The position numbers were made by a program, and so were the translations under genes. The notes beneath the pieces were generated by a model. The model saw only the letters and a program-made list of their open reading frames with translations, had not been told where the DNA came from and did no database searches. Below are positions 35,503-48,483 of a stretch of 64,000 bases of DNA, in pieces (within the stretch, counting starts at the first letter, position 1; each line of letters begins with the position of its first letter). This stretch comes from Neocallimastix sp. 'constans' (lineage: Eukaryota), in contig JBODTK010000139.1 of the NCBI GenBank assembly GCA_050613775.1, positions 186,001 through 250,000 on the forward strand, read 5' to 3'.

Positions 35503-38046
35503 CTACGTTATGAGATTCGAGGACGAAAAGGCCTCTAACTCTTCCCATTCATCGAAGATAACTCCATGTGGATGAAAATTATCATTCGAATCTGTATCAG
35601 AATTTCTTCTTTGCCTTATCGTTACGACGTCGACGCTCTTGACAACGGTAGGTCTAACACTATACAAATCGATCATGGTGTAAAAATCACCAATCACAAT
35701 AGGCATAACGTTAGTAAGGAATTCCGCAAGCCCCACAAAATATGAAATCGGGAAAGAAGACTCGTTCGAAGGTGATTGAAAAATATTATTAATATATCGC
35801 CTTCTTTCCTCCGAGCCGATCTTTAAGATTTCAAATACTGCATTTCCGCCAAGAAGGAGACACAGCACGTAAAAATTGATATTATCATCAAAATCTTCCT
35901 CTTTATCATCAGGAATGTTCAATGATTTCTCATGAACAATAAGAGAAAAATTAATAAAAATTTCATCAACAAAGGGAATGAAATGTTGCCTAAATTCTTC
36001 AAATTTAGGACATAAAAGTATCCAGTGTGTAAAACTAGGTATGCTGTTACTCTCACCACAACAAGGGCAGTATGTTGGGCAATATTCTGATACTAGATTA
36101 CTTTTAACATACGTTTTTACATCAAATTTGAATCCACATTTAATTCGTCCAATCCAAAAAAATCCAAGAGAAAATTGTGAAAATTTAAGTGATAGACGTT
36201 GAATAAATTTTTTAAAACCAAATTTAAATTTCTTGTATTTTGTAGATCTGATCGCAGGAGTGCTTGAATAATGAATATTTTCCCAGTAAAACTTCCTTAT
36301 TTCTCCAGGAAGTTTATTATTGTGCTTGTGTACTGCTAAACTCCGTGCTTTTTTCGTCCATGAATAGTTAGAAAGTGTAGGTATATTTTTGACTAAATGA
36401 GAAATAATACAAGAAGAATCTTTCCACTTTTTAAAACATCGAATCATCGTCTTAGCACAAAAACTAGCTATAGGAGGTATAGAAAGTTCCTTAGACATAT
36501 TGTAAATTGAAGTATTGGAGGTTTTATTTTTAAACCCTAAACTCCAATACAAACCTCGATTAAAAGCAGTTTGAGCTTTTTCAGTATTCTTTTTATTTGA
36601 ACCAAGTAAGGGAGCATAATAAAGAACTGAACTAAGGACAAAAGAAACTAGTATACGAGTTTTAAAGTAGAAAGGAACATTCCTATTGGCTAAAAATCTA
36701 AAGAAAGAGTTAACTGTATAATTAATTTTACTATTCATCTTAGCAATAATAGGTTTTAAATCCAACGATTCATTAAAAGGTATACCAAGATATGTGTATT
36801 GATTAGTGCTTGGTATATAGTTCATACCAAGTCTAAAAGTAGGATTTTCATAATGTCTTGAAGGTATAAAATTCTTTGGTTTAACAACTAGTGTAGCGCA
36901 TTTATTGATTCCAAAGGTCATTTCATTTTTAATACCCCAATCATGAGCAATATTCAAAAGGTTTTTAAGTGAAGATTTTGTAGGAGCTAATAATACAATA
37001 TCATCAGCAAATAATCCACCACAACACTTTTTCTTTTCAGTAATCACACCATAACTTTTACATTTATCAAAAATATCATTGATAAATATATTGAATAAAA
37101 TAGGAGAGAGAGGACACCCTTGGCGAACACCACAGTGTATTGGAAATTCTTTTGAAAGTTTACCATTAAAGTTTGCACGAGCTTTCGAGGTAAGGTATAG
37201 ATTAGTAATGAATTGAAGGCATTTACCACGAATACCAAGATAATTTAGTTTAGTAAGTATATTGTAAATTGGAACTGAATCATAAGCTTTTTTAAGGTCA
37301 AGAAAGGCAAGAAAGGTAAATTTATCCTTAAATTTTCTTCTTTGACAAATTTCACGAATGGATACAAATAAACTAATACATTCTTCTTTATTTCTAAAAC
37401 CAAACTGTTCTGTTCTAATTATTCCATTAGAAAAAGCATAGTCCGATATTCTTTTAGTGACAATTTTTGATAGAATTTTTAAACCTACATTGATGAGTGA
37501 AATACCACGATAATTATTACAATCTGAAAGATCCCCTTTTTTAGGAATAGAAACAATAGAAGCAGAGTTCCATTCATTAGGAAAGTCACCATCCCAAATT
37601 TTATTAAAAAGTAATAACAGACACTTTGCACAATCGGAATAAGTAACCTCTTGATTAGAGTCATCCTGAGAAGAATTTCTACTCTCAGAATTAAAAAATG
37701 CTTTAAAAAATTCTGTAGGTATACCATCAGGACCAGGTGCTTTGTTATTTTTCATTGAAAGAACAGTTGAATGAATTTCTGACATGGAAATAGGTTGATT
37801 AATATCCCATGATTCCTGAGGAGTAGAAGAATTATTAAGTATTCTTTTCCAATAATTTTCATTAAGTCTGTGACCAGTTATATCAGAAGCAAGTTCTTCA
37901 TAGTGTTCTGCAAAACGATTGAGTTGATCTTCTTGGGATACTAGAACATTACCTTCTTTATCTTTAATGTATACAGGTGATTGGGAAGGAGAGTAAGAAG
38001 GTTTAGAAATTTTCTTAAGTCCAGACCCAACCACGCTGGGCATCAT
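35503..38046 (-). CDS. LINE reverse transcriptase domain (longest open segment)
   Basis: Complete set of non-LTR RT motifs in an 847-aa ORF. Confidence 0.9.
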   Translation of the reverse strand: MMPSVVGSGLKKISKPSYSPSQSPVYIKDKEGNVLVSQEDQLNRFAEHYEELASDITGHRLNENYWKRILNNSSTPQESWDINQPISMSEIHSTVLSMKNNKAPGPDGIPTEFFKAFFNSESRNSSQDDSNQEVTYSDCAKCLLLLFNKIWDGDFPNEWNSASIVSIPKKGDLSDCNNYRGISLINVGLKILSKIVTKRISDYAFSNGIIRTEQFGFRNKEECISLFVSIREICQRRKFKDKFTFLAFLDLKKAYDSVPIYNILTKLNYLGIRGKCLQFITNLYLTSKARANFNGKLSKEFPIHCGVRQGCPLSPILFNIFINDIFDKCKSYGVITEKKKCCGGLFADDIVLLAPTKSSLKNLLNIAHDWGIKNEMTFGINKCATLVVKPKNFIPSRHYENPTFRLGMNYIPSTNQYTYLGIPFNESLDLKPIIAKMNSKINYTVNSFFRFLANRNVPFYFKTRILVSFVLSSVLYYAPLLGSNKKNTEKAQTAFNRGLYWSLGFKNKTSNTSIYNMSKELSIPPIASFCAKTMIRCFKKWKDSSCIISHLVKNIPTLSNYSWTKKARSLAVHKHNNKLPGEIRKFYWENIHYSSTPAIRSTKYKKFKFGFKKFIQRLSLKFSQFSLGFFWIGRIKCGFKFDVKTYVKSNLVSEYCPTYCPCCGESNSIPSFTHWILLCPKFEEFRQHFIPFVDEIFINFSLIVHEKSLNIPDDKEEDFDDNINFYVLCLLLGGNAVFEILKIGSEERRRYINNIFQSPSNESSFPISYFVGLAEFLTNVMPIVIGDFYTMIDLYSVRPTVVKSVDVVTIRQRRNSDTDSNDNFHPHGVIFDEWEELEAFSSSNLIT

Positions 38047-38843
38047 TTTTTAAGAAGCATTCGCCGATGGAATGAATCAAATTTTTAAATCTAATATTCC
38101 TAATATTTCTTTTAATACTAATGATATAATCAGAAAGAACTCTATATTCTTTTGAGAGATCACAAAATTCTTGAAGATTTGACAAATCATTACTAAGTTT
38201 AAAATTTTTAATCCTTTTATAAAATAAATGTTTTTCATGTGATAATTTCTTAATATAAGCAGGACAATGGAACGCTGAACCCTGTAAATTTGTAGGAACT
38301 CTTGCTTGAATGTCATCGCCTATTTTATTTGCTGTGTCAAGAAGATTTTTAACCATTGTATTAGAGTCTAGATTATCATTATGTTCAAATTCATCCAGTA
38401 AACATGTGAATTTATTATGAGAGAAGATTGCTTCACGTTTATCCCTACAAATTCGATTAGACCACTTAATTTGTTTATCCCGAGGGGGAGTAACAAAACC
38501 ATCAGGAGATATTTTTTTACAAGAAAGAATAAGTGGTAAATGGTCAGAGATGTCATTAAAAGAGTAGCATACAGAAGCAATATTCAGATAATTTCTTAAT
38601 TTATCGTTCATTATATAAAATCAATACAAGAATTCTTTCCACCATTAGACCAAGTAAATTGATGACCAACCATATCCATAACAAACCATTGAGGGGAAAT
38701 TCTAAGAATAAGATCTTTGAGTTGTTGCTTAGTCATGTTGAAATCACCAACAATAGCCGAAGGGTTATTCTGATGTTTCTTGAGCCAATTAGCAAAATCA
38801 GTTTCCGCTTTTTCTCTAGAGTCTTTGCGTTTTTTGCTAGGGA

Positions 38844-39620
38844 TGTATAAAGTTTTGATTTAAAAAATAGATTATAAGTCAAAAATTATAATAACACTAA
38901 ATAACACAAAAATGTTTTATAAACAAATAAGTTTTATTATATTTAGATTTTAAAATAATCTTTATTAATTATTAGTGTTATTAACAATAAATCGTTAATA
39001 ACAATTACATCGATTAAAATACATGAAATTTGGTTAACTATTTATATTTTTATCTTATTACATTTAGAATATATAATTCCTATTGAATTATATATTATCT
39101 AACTATTTATTTAAAAACAATACTAACCTAAACTAATAATAAATAATTAACTGTTACTAAATAAAGAGAATTATAATTAATAACTAAAATAAATATAAAC
39201 AATTTCAATCGAGCTCATTTATTATTTATTTATTATTTAAATATTATTAATAAATTCTTATTATATTTTCTATTTAAAATTAATATAAAAGTTGTCATAA
39301 TTATTTAATATGATTTTAGCATAAAATGCTGCAAGTTTCAACATGACTAATTGCATGGTTTCATGTTGTTAATTTATCTTGTAAAAAACCTTAACTCTTA
39401 TTATTTAAATTAAATTACATAAAAAGAAATGATTTTTAATTACTAGTTTCACAAGAGAAATTTTTAATTTATTAATATGATTGGGAAGAAGTCGAAGTTT
39501 TGTTTAAAATTATTTGCAATAATTTTATACACGTGATTTTTAATAGATTTATTTCAATTTTACTTAAATTTATGATTAAATTTAATTAAAATTTATAAAG
39601 ATATTAATAATATCTTTACA
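38844..39620. mobile_element. Probable solo LTR inserted in the LINE endonuclease domain
   Basis: TGTA..TACA termini; splits GNIYI|PSKKRK; GGA duplicated on both sides. Confidence 0.75.
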
Positions 39621-40649
39621 GGATGTAAATGTTCCCTAAAGAACATCTGACACCCCAAAAAGAGAATATATTTACTGAGAGTATATATCTATATTCAAAA
39701 TCAATATTAGTGAATTGGCAGGAGGAGTGCACACCTATATAAAGGCCCCTCATACCAGGGATTTTTTTGTCCGCACGTCTCAGTACTGTTCTATAATGAT
39801 TAAGGAATGGATATGAGTTAGAAAAGGAGTTAAGGAATGAACTATTACCGACTTCTTGAAGACAAATACAAATAGGATTAAAGATTGAATTAAAATTGGT
39901 AAGTCCGTCACGTTTTTCAGAATTCCAACTATTTATGTTCCAGCTAATACAGAGGTTGAAATATTTAGTATTCGAGTAAGGGTTAGCATACAGGAGGCTT
40001 TCATGAGGGTTCAGAATAATACCTGGTTCTATTATGATTAACATTGCTAAATGTGCGTATCCTTGAAGTAATCTTCCATTTTATTCTTTTAACAGGTAAG
40101 TGCTTAGTAATCAAATAAATAACCTTCAAATAATCCTTATAATTATTATAGTTAACTCTTAGGATGAAGTAGTTTTCCATATTAATATAGTGTTTTTTAA
40201 CGATTCCATGAACAACTTCATTACAATTTGATATCTTTTTGATTAAAAATTCTCATAGTCTACTTTCAGTCCAAGATTCAAGATCATGAATGAAAATTAA
40301 AACAAATTTATCATGGTCAGGACCATAAAGTCGCAGACCTCTTCGTAAAGTTGACATAATAAAATAAAAAACTTATCTATATTAATAAAAGGTAAGTGTA
40401 ATATAAAAATAAAAAAATAAAATTAGTAAAAAATTAAAAAATTAAAAAAAATAAAAATTTATTGCTGTTGTCTTCTCTTTCGTGTATATTGTTTGCTAAA
40501 ACTTGTTTGTTTTTCTTTCTTTTTGTGTTGACTAGTTTTTAATTAATGATTTTCAATTATAAATTCCTGTTTTATGTAAAAATTTCTGTAAAATAATCAT
40601 ATATAATATAAAATTTAAATGTTAATGAAATAATAGTTGTGAAAAACTA

Positions 40650-41095
40650 TAAAAAGATTCCCATCCGTTAAATAATGTCTCAAACACAAGCTTTGGAGTG
40701 ACTCAATCTCCTACATTTCCATTTTACAAAGCTACATGAGAGTATAAATAATACTATAGAAAAAAAACATATACAAAATAATGCTAAAGTAAAAAATACA
40801 ATAGATTCATTACAATGATAATATGTAGAAACTACATGATATTATTAATTATACAACTCCAATGTTACTACATATCCAGTTTAAGACATTATAGAACGTC
40901 AAGTTCACTTTCTACAGTCTTCCAGTATTCCAGATTTCTCTCTTCGTACTAGAAGCCACTTTAGAAAGGATAACCATTGATTATCATCAGAATCACAGAA
41001 AGCTGTAATTAGTACACCTGATATAGGTTATTCCTTTTCCATCAACCCTCCATGGACCTGGAAAAACAGTCCACTTCATTGGGGTATAATATAAA
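40650..41095 (-). ncRNA. Candidate structured RNA segment related to the 5' half of 18401-18955
   Basis: Sense UAUUAUACCC, CAGG..GAGGGUUGA and GGAAUAACC..GGUUAUCCU in the same order. Confidence 0.4.
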
Positions 41096-41146
41096 GTAAT
41101 TTATTAAATTTTTTTCTTTTTTAAAAGATTAATTATAATTATAATC

Positions 41147-41177
<31 letters not shown>

Positions 41178-41554
41178 AAAGATATGAAAAATTCTTTTCA
41201 TATACTATTTTTTTTAAAAATAAAAATAATTATTAATGGTCCAGTATATAGGTTAACTTTTTTATTTTTTTTTATTTTAAATAGTTTTAATTTTATTACA
41301 TTTCCTTTTTATCAATAAAATACGATATACTGTGATTTTTAATAAGAATAAAAATAATATTAATAATTAAATAATAATAATAATAATTAAATAATAATAA
41401 GATTATAATAATAAATTTTTAATTTTAAAAAAATAAAATAAATTAATATTTCAATACAATTATTTAATAATTTATAATTTATATAAATACATAAATATTT
41501 TTTTTTTTTTTCATTTTATTTATATGTATATACAATATTTTAGAAATTTTATTT

Positions 41555-41591
<37 letters not shown>

Positions 41592-41592
<1 letters not shown>

Positions 41593-43361
41593 CATTTTCC
41601 TTTTTTACTGCTTCTTAATTTTTTTTTTATATCATTTGAATCAGGTGCGGGTTTACTTTTTCTTTTCTTTTCAGTTTTTTTAATTATTTGATCAACATTA
41701 TATTCTTCTATTTTACAAGTATATTTTTTTGTTGCTGTTTCACAATTTATTCCAATTAATAATACTTTTCCGGAATATTTTTTATCTTTTAAGTTATAAT
41801 AATATACTTTTTCATGTATTTGTTTAATTGCTATTTCTGCTGATTTATTCAATTTTAATTCTACAATAAAAATCGTACCATTTTTTCTATTACCCATTTT
41901 AGGATAAAAAAATATATCTGAATTTCCTTTTTCATTTCCTTCCTCTTCTTTAATATCATGAGTGATATTGGCAATAAAATATACATGTTCTATGATACGT
42001 TTTAAATTACCATGATCCATTTTATCTCCAGGCTTAATTATATTCAAATGTTCTTCTTCCAATATTTTACACATTTCTTCTGTATTTTTTTTTAATGTCA
42101 TTTTTAACATTTTTCTAGAATTAGTTATTAAATCATAATAAAATTTCATATCTTTTCTTTTTTTTAAAGCTTTAATAAATCTTTCTTTTAATTCGTTGTT
42201 CGGAATTGAAAGTTTACCTTTATAATAGGTTAAATATCCAAAAGTAACCATCTTTGAATATATATCCTCTTTCATTGCATCATTATTTTCATTGTTTGTA
42301 TTGTTTGTTTCCTCATTTAAAAGTTCATTGGTTCCATATTTTTCTAAATTTATAGAGATTTCATTTCCTTTAATTAATTTGATAATTTCTTTTTTTATAC
42401 CATCTATATCAAAGTTTATCATTTGAAAAATTTCATCAACACGTCCTGTATCTGTCCAATAACTTTTAATGGAACTATATTGTAAAGCACTAATTACTGA
42501 CCATGTATTAAAAATTGGATCACCATTATAAGCTTTGTATCCATTATACCAATTACATATTTCTTTATATTTTAATTTTGGGTTTATTTTGCATAGTTCT
42601 TTAACTTCTTTTCCTGTAAATCCAAAATATTGATAATACTTATCATCTTCCAAAATAGAATATTCAGTAAAACAATTTAATGTAGACTGACTTAATTGCT
42701 TTGCTATTGGTAATATTCCTGTCATATAAACGAAAGCATTATATGGTTGATCTTTTATTAAATCCTTTAAAAAAGATAAATATTTTCTTTGTTCTTCAGA
42801 TGAAAATTTATTATTAGCAATGATATAGTCCCATTCATCAATAATAACTATAAATTTTTCTTTTATTTTCGAACTTAGTATAAGCAAATTGTCATTTATT
42901 ATACTCCCAAAATCTTCTAATACTGAATAATTTGGAAATGTATTTTTAATATCATATTTTAATTTATCATTAATTGAAGCTAAGTATTCATTTAAAGATT
43001 CAAACTTATCAACATTATAAGAAAAATCAAAATATAAAGTGTAATATTTTCCATGATATTCTTCATATTGTTTAATTTCTAATTGTTTTTTCGTTTCATC
43101 AGAACTTAATCCTTTAGAAACTTTAAAATTATCAAATATTTTCTTCGAATCAATTCCTTTACTATAATATGTGACTAACATTGCTGCTATTGATGTTTTT
43201 CCAAATCTTCTTGGTTTTGTAATACAAACATATTTAGAATTATCATGGTTTATTAATTTATTAAATTTGTTTATTATATTAGATTTATCTACAAAGTATT
43301 CCTGAGTAATAATACTCTCATATTTTACACGCATAGCATCATTATCTATAATTATTCCCAT
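41592..43361 (-). CDS. AAA-ATPase-like domain plus C-terminal PD-(D/E)XK nuclease, bacterial-type architecture
   Basis: FVDKS, Walker A variant KPRRFGKT, Walker B IIDEWD, WYNGY, SDIFF..IVELK..AIKQI; intact and intronless, 589 aa. Confidence 0.9.
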
Positions 43362-43670
43362 TTTTCAATATTTAATCCTTCGCATTTTTTATTATTATTT
43401 TTTTTTTTTTTTGTTAATAATACTTTAATAATAAATTAATATTAAATAATAATTATTAGAATACATGAAATATAAGAAATAAGTGTTAAATGTATTTATA
43501 ATGTATTGACGTGTTTATTGTATTAAATTAAATATATAAGCCACATATTATTCATATAAATACATACGGGTGTGTATTTATATAAATTTTTATTACAAAA
43601 ATTTATATTTTGTTGTAGTGCATTTCGGAAAACATGGCGTATTATAATGTAATAAATAAATAATAAATAA

Positions 43671-43928
43671 TTTTTTTTTTTTTTTTAACGACCGTAGCAG
43701 GATTTCTCCCCAGCTGCACATCTGTAGACACACAATGGTTTATTACTAGAGCCCTTATCTAACTTCCTACTTAGTAGGTGGTCACGTCCCTGCTGGACTG
43801 CCTTACAGTTACTCTGCATTGGCGCTCATTACCCAAGTATAATTACTGCTTGTCATTGTACGATAATCTTACAATTGGGTCTTGCAGCCACAACCGGATC
43901 ACGTGACAACCGCTCCACAACATACCTA
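43671..43928 (-). mobile_element. Partial second copy of the SINE-like element, cut by an LTR terminus at 43929
   Basis: Reverse complement closely matches about 18686-18950, including the A tail. Confidence 0.92.
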
Positions 43929-44457
43929 TGATATGCGGGACTTTTATGTGCAATAATTTATAAGTAGTGGGTTTTAAATAATGGTAGTTTAGTAAATTTT
44001 ATTAATAATATTATAATATTCGTACAATTAAAATAATAATTCTAATTTCTAAAATTTTACAAGAGAATTCTCTATTTCGAATGTGGTCCAAAACGCCAAT
44101 TTTTTTTTTTGAAATTTTAATAAGTCATCTATTTATTTGTGACTTTTAAAATTTTATTATTACGCCATAAAATTTAAAATAATTTTAAGTAAAAAAGAAA
44201 TAAATGTATAAATAAATAAGTAAATAAATAAATAAATAAAAATTAAAAAGGTCAATAAAAAATAAAATATTTTTATATAATTTTTTTTATTTTTGACAAT
44301 CATGTTATAAGGAAAATGATAAATAATTATTTTCCTTATAACCTTATTTTTATATATTTTATTATTAATATTTATATTTTTATATTTTATATTTTATTAT
44401 TGATATTAAATTTTTATATTTTTCTATTAATATTATATTTTTATATTTTTATATTTT

Positions 44458-45197
44458 TATATTTTATTATTAATATCAATATAATATTTTTATATTTTAT
44501 TATTAATATCAATATAATATTTTTATATTTTATTATTAATATCAATATAATATTTTTATATTTTATTATTAATATCAATATAATATTTTTATATTTTATT
44601 ATTAATATCAATATAATATTTTTATATTTTATTATTAATATCAATATAATATTTTTATATTTTATTATTAATATCAATATAATATTTTTATATTTTATTA
44701 TTAATATCAATATAATATTTTTATATTTTATTATTAATATCAATATAATATTTTTATATTTTATTATTAATATCAATATAATATTTTTATATTTTATTAT
44801 TAATATCAATATAATATTTTTATATTTTATTATTAATATCAATATAATATTTTTATATTTTATTATTAATATCAATATAATATTTTTATATTTTATTATT
44901 AATATCAATATAATATTTTTATATTTTATTATTAATATCAATATAATATTTTTATATTTTATTATTAATATCAATATAATATTTTTATATTTTATTATTA
45001 ATATCAATATAATATTTTTATATTTTATTATTAATATCAATATAATATTTTTATATTTTATTATTAATATCAATATAATATTTTTATATTTTATTATTAA
45101 TATCAATATAATATTTTTATATTTTATTATTAATATCAATATAATATTTTTATATTTTATTATTAATATCAATATAATATTTTTATATTTTATTATT
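44458..45197. repeat. 33-bp perfect minisatellite, about 22 copies
   Basis: Unit attttattattaatatcaatataatatttttat. Confidence 0.95.
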
Positions 45198-45459
45198 AAA
45201 AAATTTTATTTTATAAATTTATATTTAAATTAATATTATTTAAAATATTAATTTTTTATATTATAACTAAAACTTTAGTTGTTATAATAACATCTTAATA
45301 ATAGGATTAAACCTTTTATTTTATATATAATTTATAAATAAAATATTAAATAATAATAAAAATTACAAAATAATATTTTTATAGGACTTAAATTATAGCT
45401 GTAAATTGAAATTTCAAAAATTAAAACTTGTTGTTCACATTTCAATTACTATTTATATA

Positions 45460-45965
45460 TTACCGCAACCGTATTGTAGAGATATATAAATAGGTTTTTT
45501 ACACATATGAATTCACATGTCTATCCCATATTATATATATGGGCGTGTAAAGAACAAATATACTTTGGTATATATATCTTATACTATATCAGTACGACGT
45601 CGGCGCTCCAAATTCCTAAGAAGAGGTAGCTCCAGAAGACATGTCTTGCCAAATAACATCCGTGTTATCCTATAGAAATTGAACTCGTAACCCTCTCAGT
45701 ATAAGCTATACAACTACACTAGGATGCCATGGGTGATCAAATATAGAAATTAAATACGTGGCAATCCAATAATGGCAGGAGCGGAATTAATATTTACCTG
45801 AAATTGTGCCATTATAACCCCACTACCCTTTCTCCAAACCCTATCGGGAAAATCAGATCAAGAATAGATACCAGCAGGGGTTGGCTGGACACCAGATGAT
45901 TATTAAGTCGCCACATAACAACCAGTAGAAAGCCCAGTTCTACTTTATATGCTAAAAAATGCTAT
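45460..45965 (-). ncRNA. Candidate structured RNA, divergent relative of 18401-18955
   Basis: Ordered motifs UUUCUACUGGUUU, UUUCAGGUAAAUAUUA, AUUUGAUCACCC, CUGAGAGGGUU and UGGAGCG. Confidence 0.5.
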
Positions 45966-46359
45966 ATATATTTGTTGTTTTAAAAAGACTTAAAAGTTAA
46001 TAATTTAATTAGATTATAATATAAATAAAATAATTAATTAATTCATAAATTCTTTATTAGTATATATTAAAAAATAATTAATATTAATATAGAATAAATA
46101 AATAATTAAATTTTTTTTATATTACATTAAATAAATAATTTATTTTTAAATAATAAAAATTAAAATATTTTCATATATACTTTATGTATCTGTTTTTTTT
46201 TAAAAAATTAAAAGAATAAGAAATAATTAAAATACTTTTTATCTTTTAAAAAAAAATTGAATATTTAATTGTTCAGAATTAATATTAAAAAATAATATTT
46301 AGATAATTAATATAATAATTTAAAAGATATAATTAAAAACTATATATTAAAATTTATAA

Positions 46360-47183
46360 ATGGAAGAAAACATAACTATTTATATAAGTGAATCTAACAA
46401 AGGAGAAGAACAAATCATTATTAATAAACAATATAAATTTAATTTTTCACATTCAAGGAAAGATAATTCAAGAGTTTATAAATGTACCGAATATAAAAAA
46501 AATAATAAATGTTAATCTTTTATTATTTTAAATAATGAAAAAGAAATCTTAAAATATGAGAGTTTACATAATCATCCTGGAAACGAATATAGTGTATCCC
46601 TATCTGTAATGAAACATAAAATTAATGATGAAATTAAAAAACATTCAAATCCTTTTGATATAAAACGAAAAAGACTATATAATAAAATTTCTAAAGAAAT
46701 GGGATTTATATATCCGTGTCCAGAATATATTTCAGTTAAAACTCTAATATTAAGAAGTATTAATAAAAAACTACCATCCAATGTAACAACTTTTAATGAA
46801 ATTCCTAATGAATCTGAATATTATAAAACTGAACGAAATTAAGATTTTATTATATTCAAAAATTCTGATTTAGTAATTTTTCAATCCCCTTTTCAAGCAA
46901 AATTATTTAAGAAATATAATAATGATATATTTGTGGATGGTACTTTTTATATCGCACCTAAATTTAGTCAACAAGTGTTTATTACTAGAACTTACGTTAA
47001 AGAATTGAATAGTTTTTATACTACTTCTTATGCAATATTAAGAAATAAAAAGCAAAAAACATATAAAATGTTATTCAATAAATTAAAACAAAATTCTAAT
47101 AATAATATTATAACTGAACCAAAAAATGTACATTGCGATTTTGAAAAAGGCATATCTAAAGCAGTTAAAAAAATATTTCCTAA
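46360..47183 (+). pseudogene. MULE (Mutator-like) transposase remnant
   Basis: FLYWCH-like YKC..C..HNH, then DGTF and HCDFE catalytic motifs; in-frame stops; cut by an LTR-like sequence at 47184. Confidence 0.85.
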
Positions 47184-47742
47184 TGTAACAAATCTTAATG
47201 TTACTTAAGATTGTTTTAAGGTTTTACACACAAAAGGTTCTCGACACTAAAGTAATTCAAAATATGTTTTATTAAAATAAGTTTTTTATTAGAAAAAATA
47301 TAAATTATTATTTTATTAATTAATTATTGTAATATTTTAAATTACTTTAAAATTAATTAATAAAAGCACAAGTAAAAAACATTTTATTATGAAATTTTAC
47401 ACCTATTTATAGTTTTTCAGGAAAATTAATTATTTTAAGTTATCAGTTATTATTAGTAATTATTAGAAATAAAAGAAAATTAAAGAAAATTAAAGAAAAC
47501 AAGTTTTCTTTCTAGAAAATGAATCTTAGATAAAAAATGATAAAAAATATTAATAAAATAGATTTTTCTAGTTTTATCGGTTCAATTGTTTAACCGATAA
47601 ACACTAGTAATTTCTTTAATATTCTAGTTATAATAAATAAAAAGTTATTAAAATTTGGAAAGAGTGGGTGTCAAACCCTAAGGGTTCAGCCCGATGGTTA
47701 TGGTAACTTACCATTGAACCATAGTTACTAATTTGCTAGTTA
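47184..47742. mobile_element. LTR-like fragment interrupting the MULE
   Basis: Begins TGTAACA where transposase similarity ends; contains cctatttata like the other solo LTRs. Confidence 0.55.
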
Positions 47743-48185
47743 TGATAAGAATGTACTAAATAATGCATTCTTAATTAAATCTACGATTTATTTCTAATAC
47801 ATTATGTGTACATTATTATATTTGTACTTTAATAAATTTTTAAATCCAAAGATCAAAAATTAAATCAAAAATTATATTAAACTTTATATTTTTATATTAA
47901 ATCTTATATTAATAGTAATATTTTTATATATTTAAAACTTATATTAGCAATATTAATAATAAATCTTATTTTTTTATTTTTATATTAATAATGAAAATTT
48001 GTATTAATAATATTTTTATATATTGATGATTAAAAATTTATATATTATATTTTAACTTTTATTATAAAATTTTATATCGAAATGTTTTATTTTATATTGA
48101 AAAATATTTTATTTTATTAAAAACCTTTATATTAGAATAGTATTTTTATTTTTATTTTAATATTTTAACAGATTGTAATAAAAAA
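47743..48185 (+). repeat. Partial LTR of the Gypsy-2 family
   Basis: Closely similar to 25562-26004. Confidence 0.92.
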
Positions 48186-48452
48186 TGTTAAAAATAATGA
48201 TTCGTCATACAATAAATAAATTCAAATAAAATATAAATTAATATAAATAATGAAATAATTTCATTGTATAAAAAAAGTATAAATACAAAAGGATATATTT
48301 TGCTTTTGAAAAATATAGATATAACCATAATAATATATATAAAAAATAGAATGTAATAATAAAGTATATTAAATAAAAAACATGTCTTTAACAAAACTCT
48401 TAAATATCTTTTTAATAAAAATTGAGTGTCATCTAATTTTGTTCTTTTAACA

Positions 48453-48483
48453 GATTAAGTGTCTCAGTCATACCGATTGAGAA
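48453..48483 (+). promoter_or_regulatory. PBS complementary to the 5' half of tRNA-Lys(CUU)
   Basis: GATTAAGTGTCTCAGTCATACCGATTGAG directly after the LTR; no TGG. Confidence 0.75.

Larger units (their letters stand above)
35377..40357 (-). mobile_element. LINE (APE endonuclease, RT, Cys/His motif), RTE-like single-ORF layout, degenerate
   Basis: SWNIN..LQE, GDFN and SDH APE motifs; KAPGPDG, NYRGISL, KAYDSV, QGCPLSP, FADD; CPCC..H..C; T-tract 35377-35403 as the A tail; likely ATG at 40357; stops and frameshifts; true 5' end lies further right. Confidence 0.9.

Noticed and set aside
40960..41000. Hammerhead ribozyme (CUGAUGA plus hairpin, minus strand)
   Set aside because: No GAAA after stem II; twister, pistol, hairpin, TPP riboswitch and group I/II intron consensus also failed by eye in the other islands
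44316..45233. 305-aa and 243-aa repeat ORFs, or a CRISPR array
   Set aside because: Perfect 33-bp tandem repeat with no unique spacers and no cas genes
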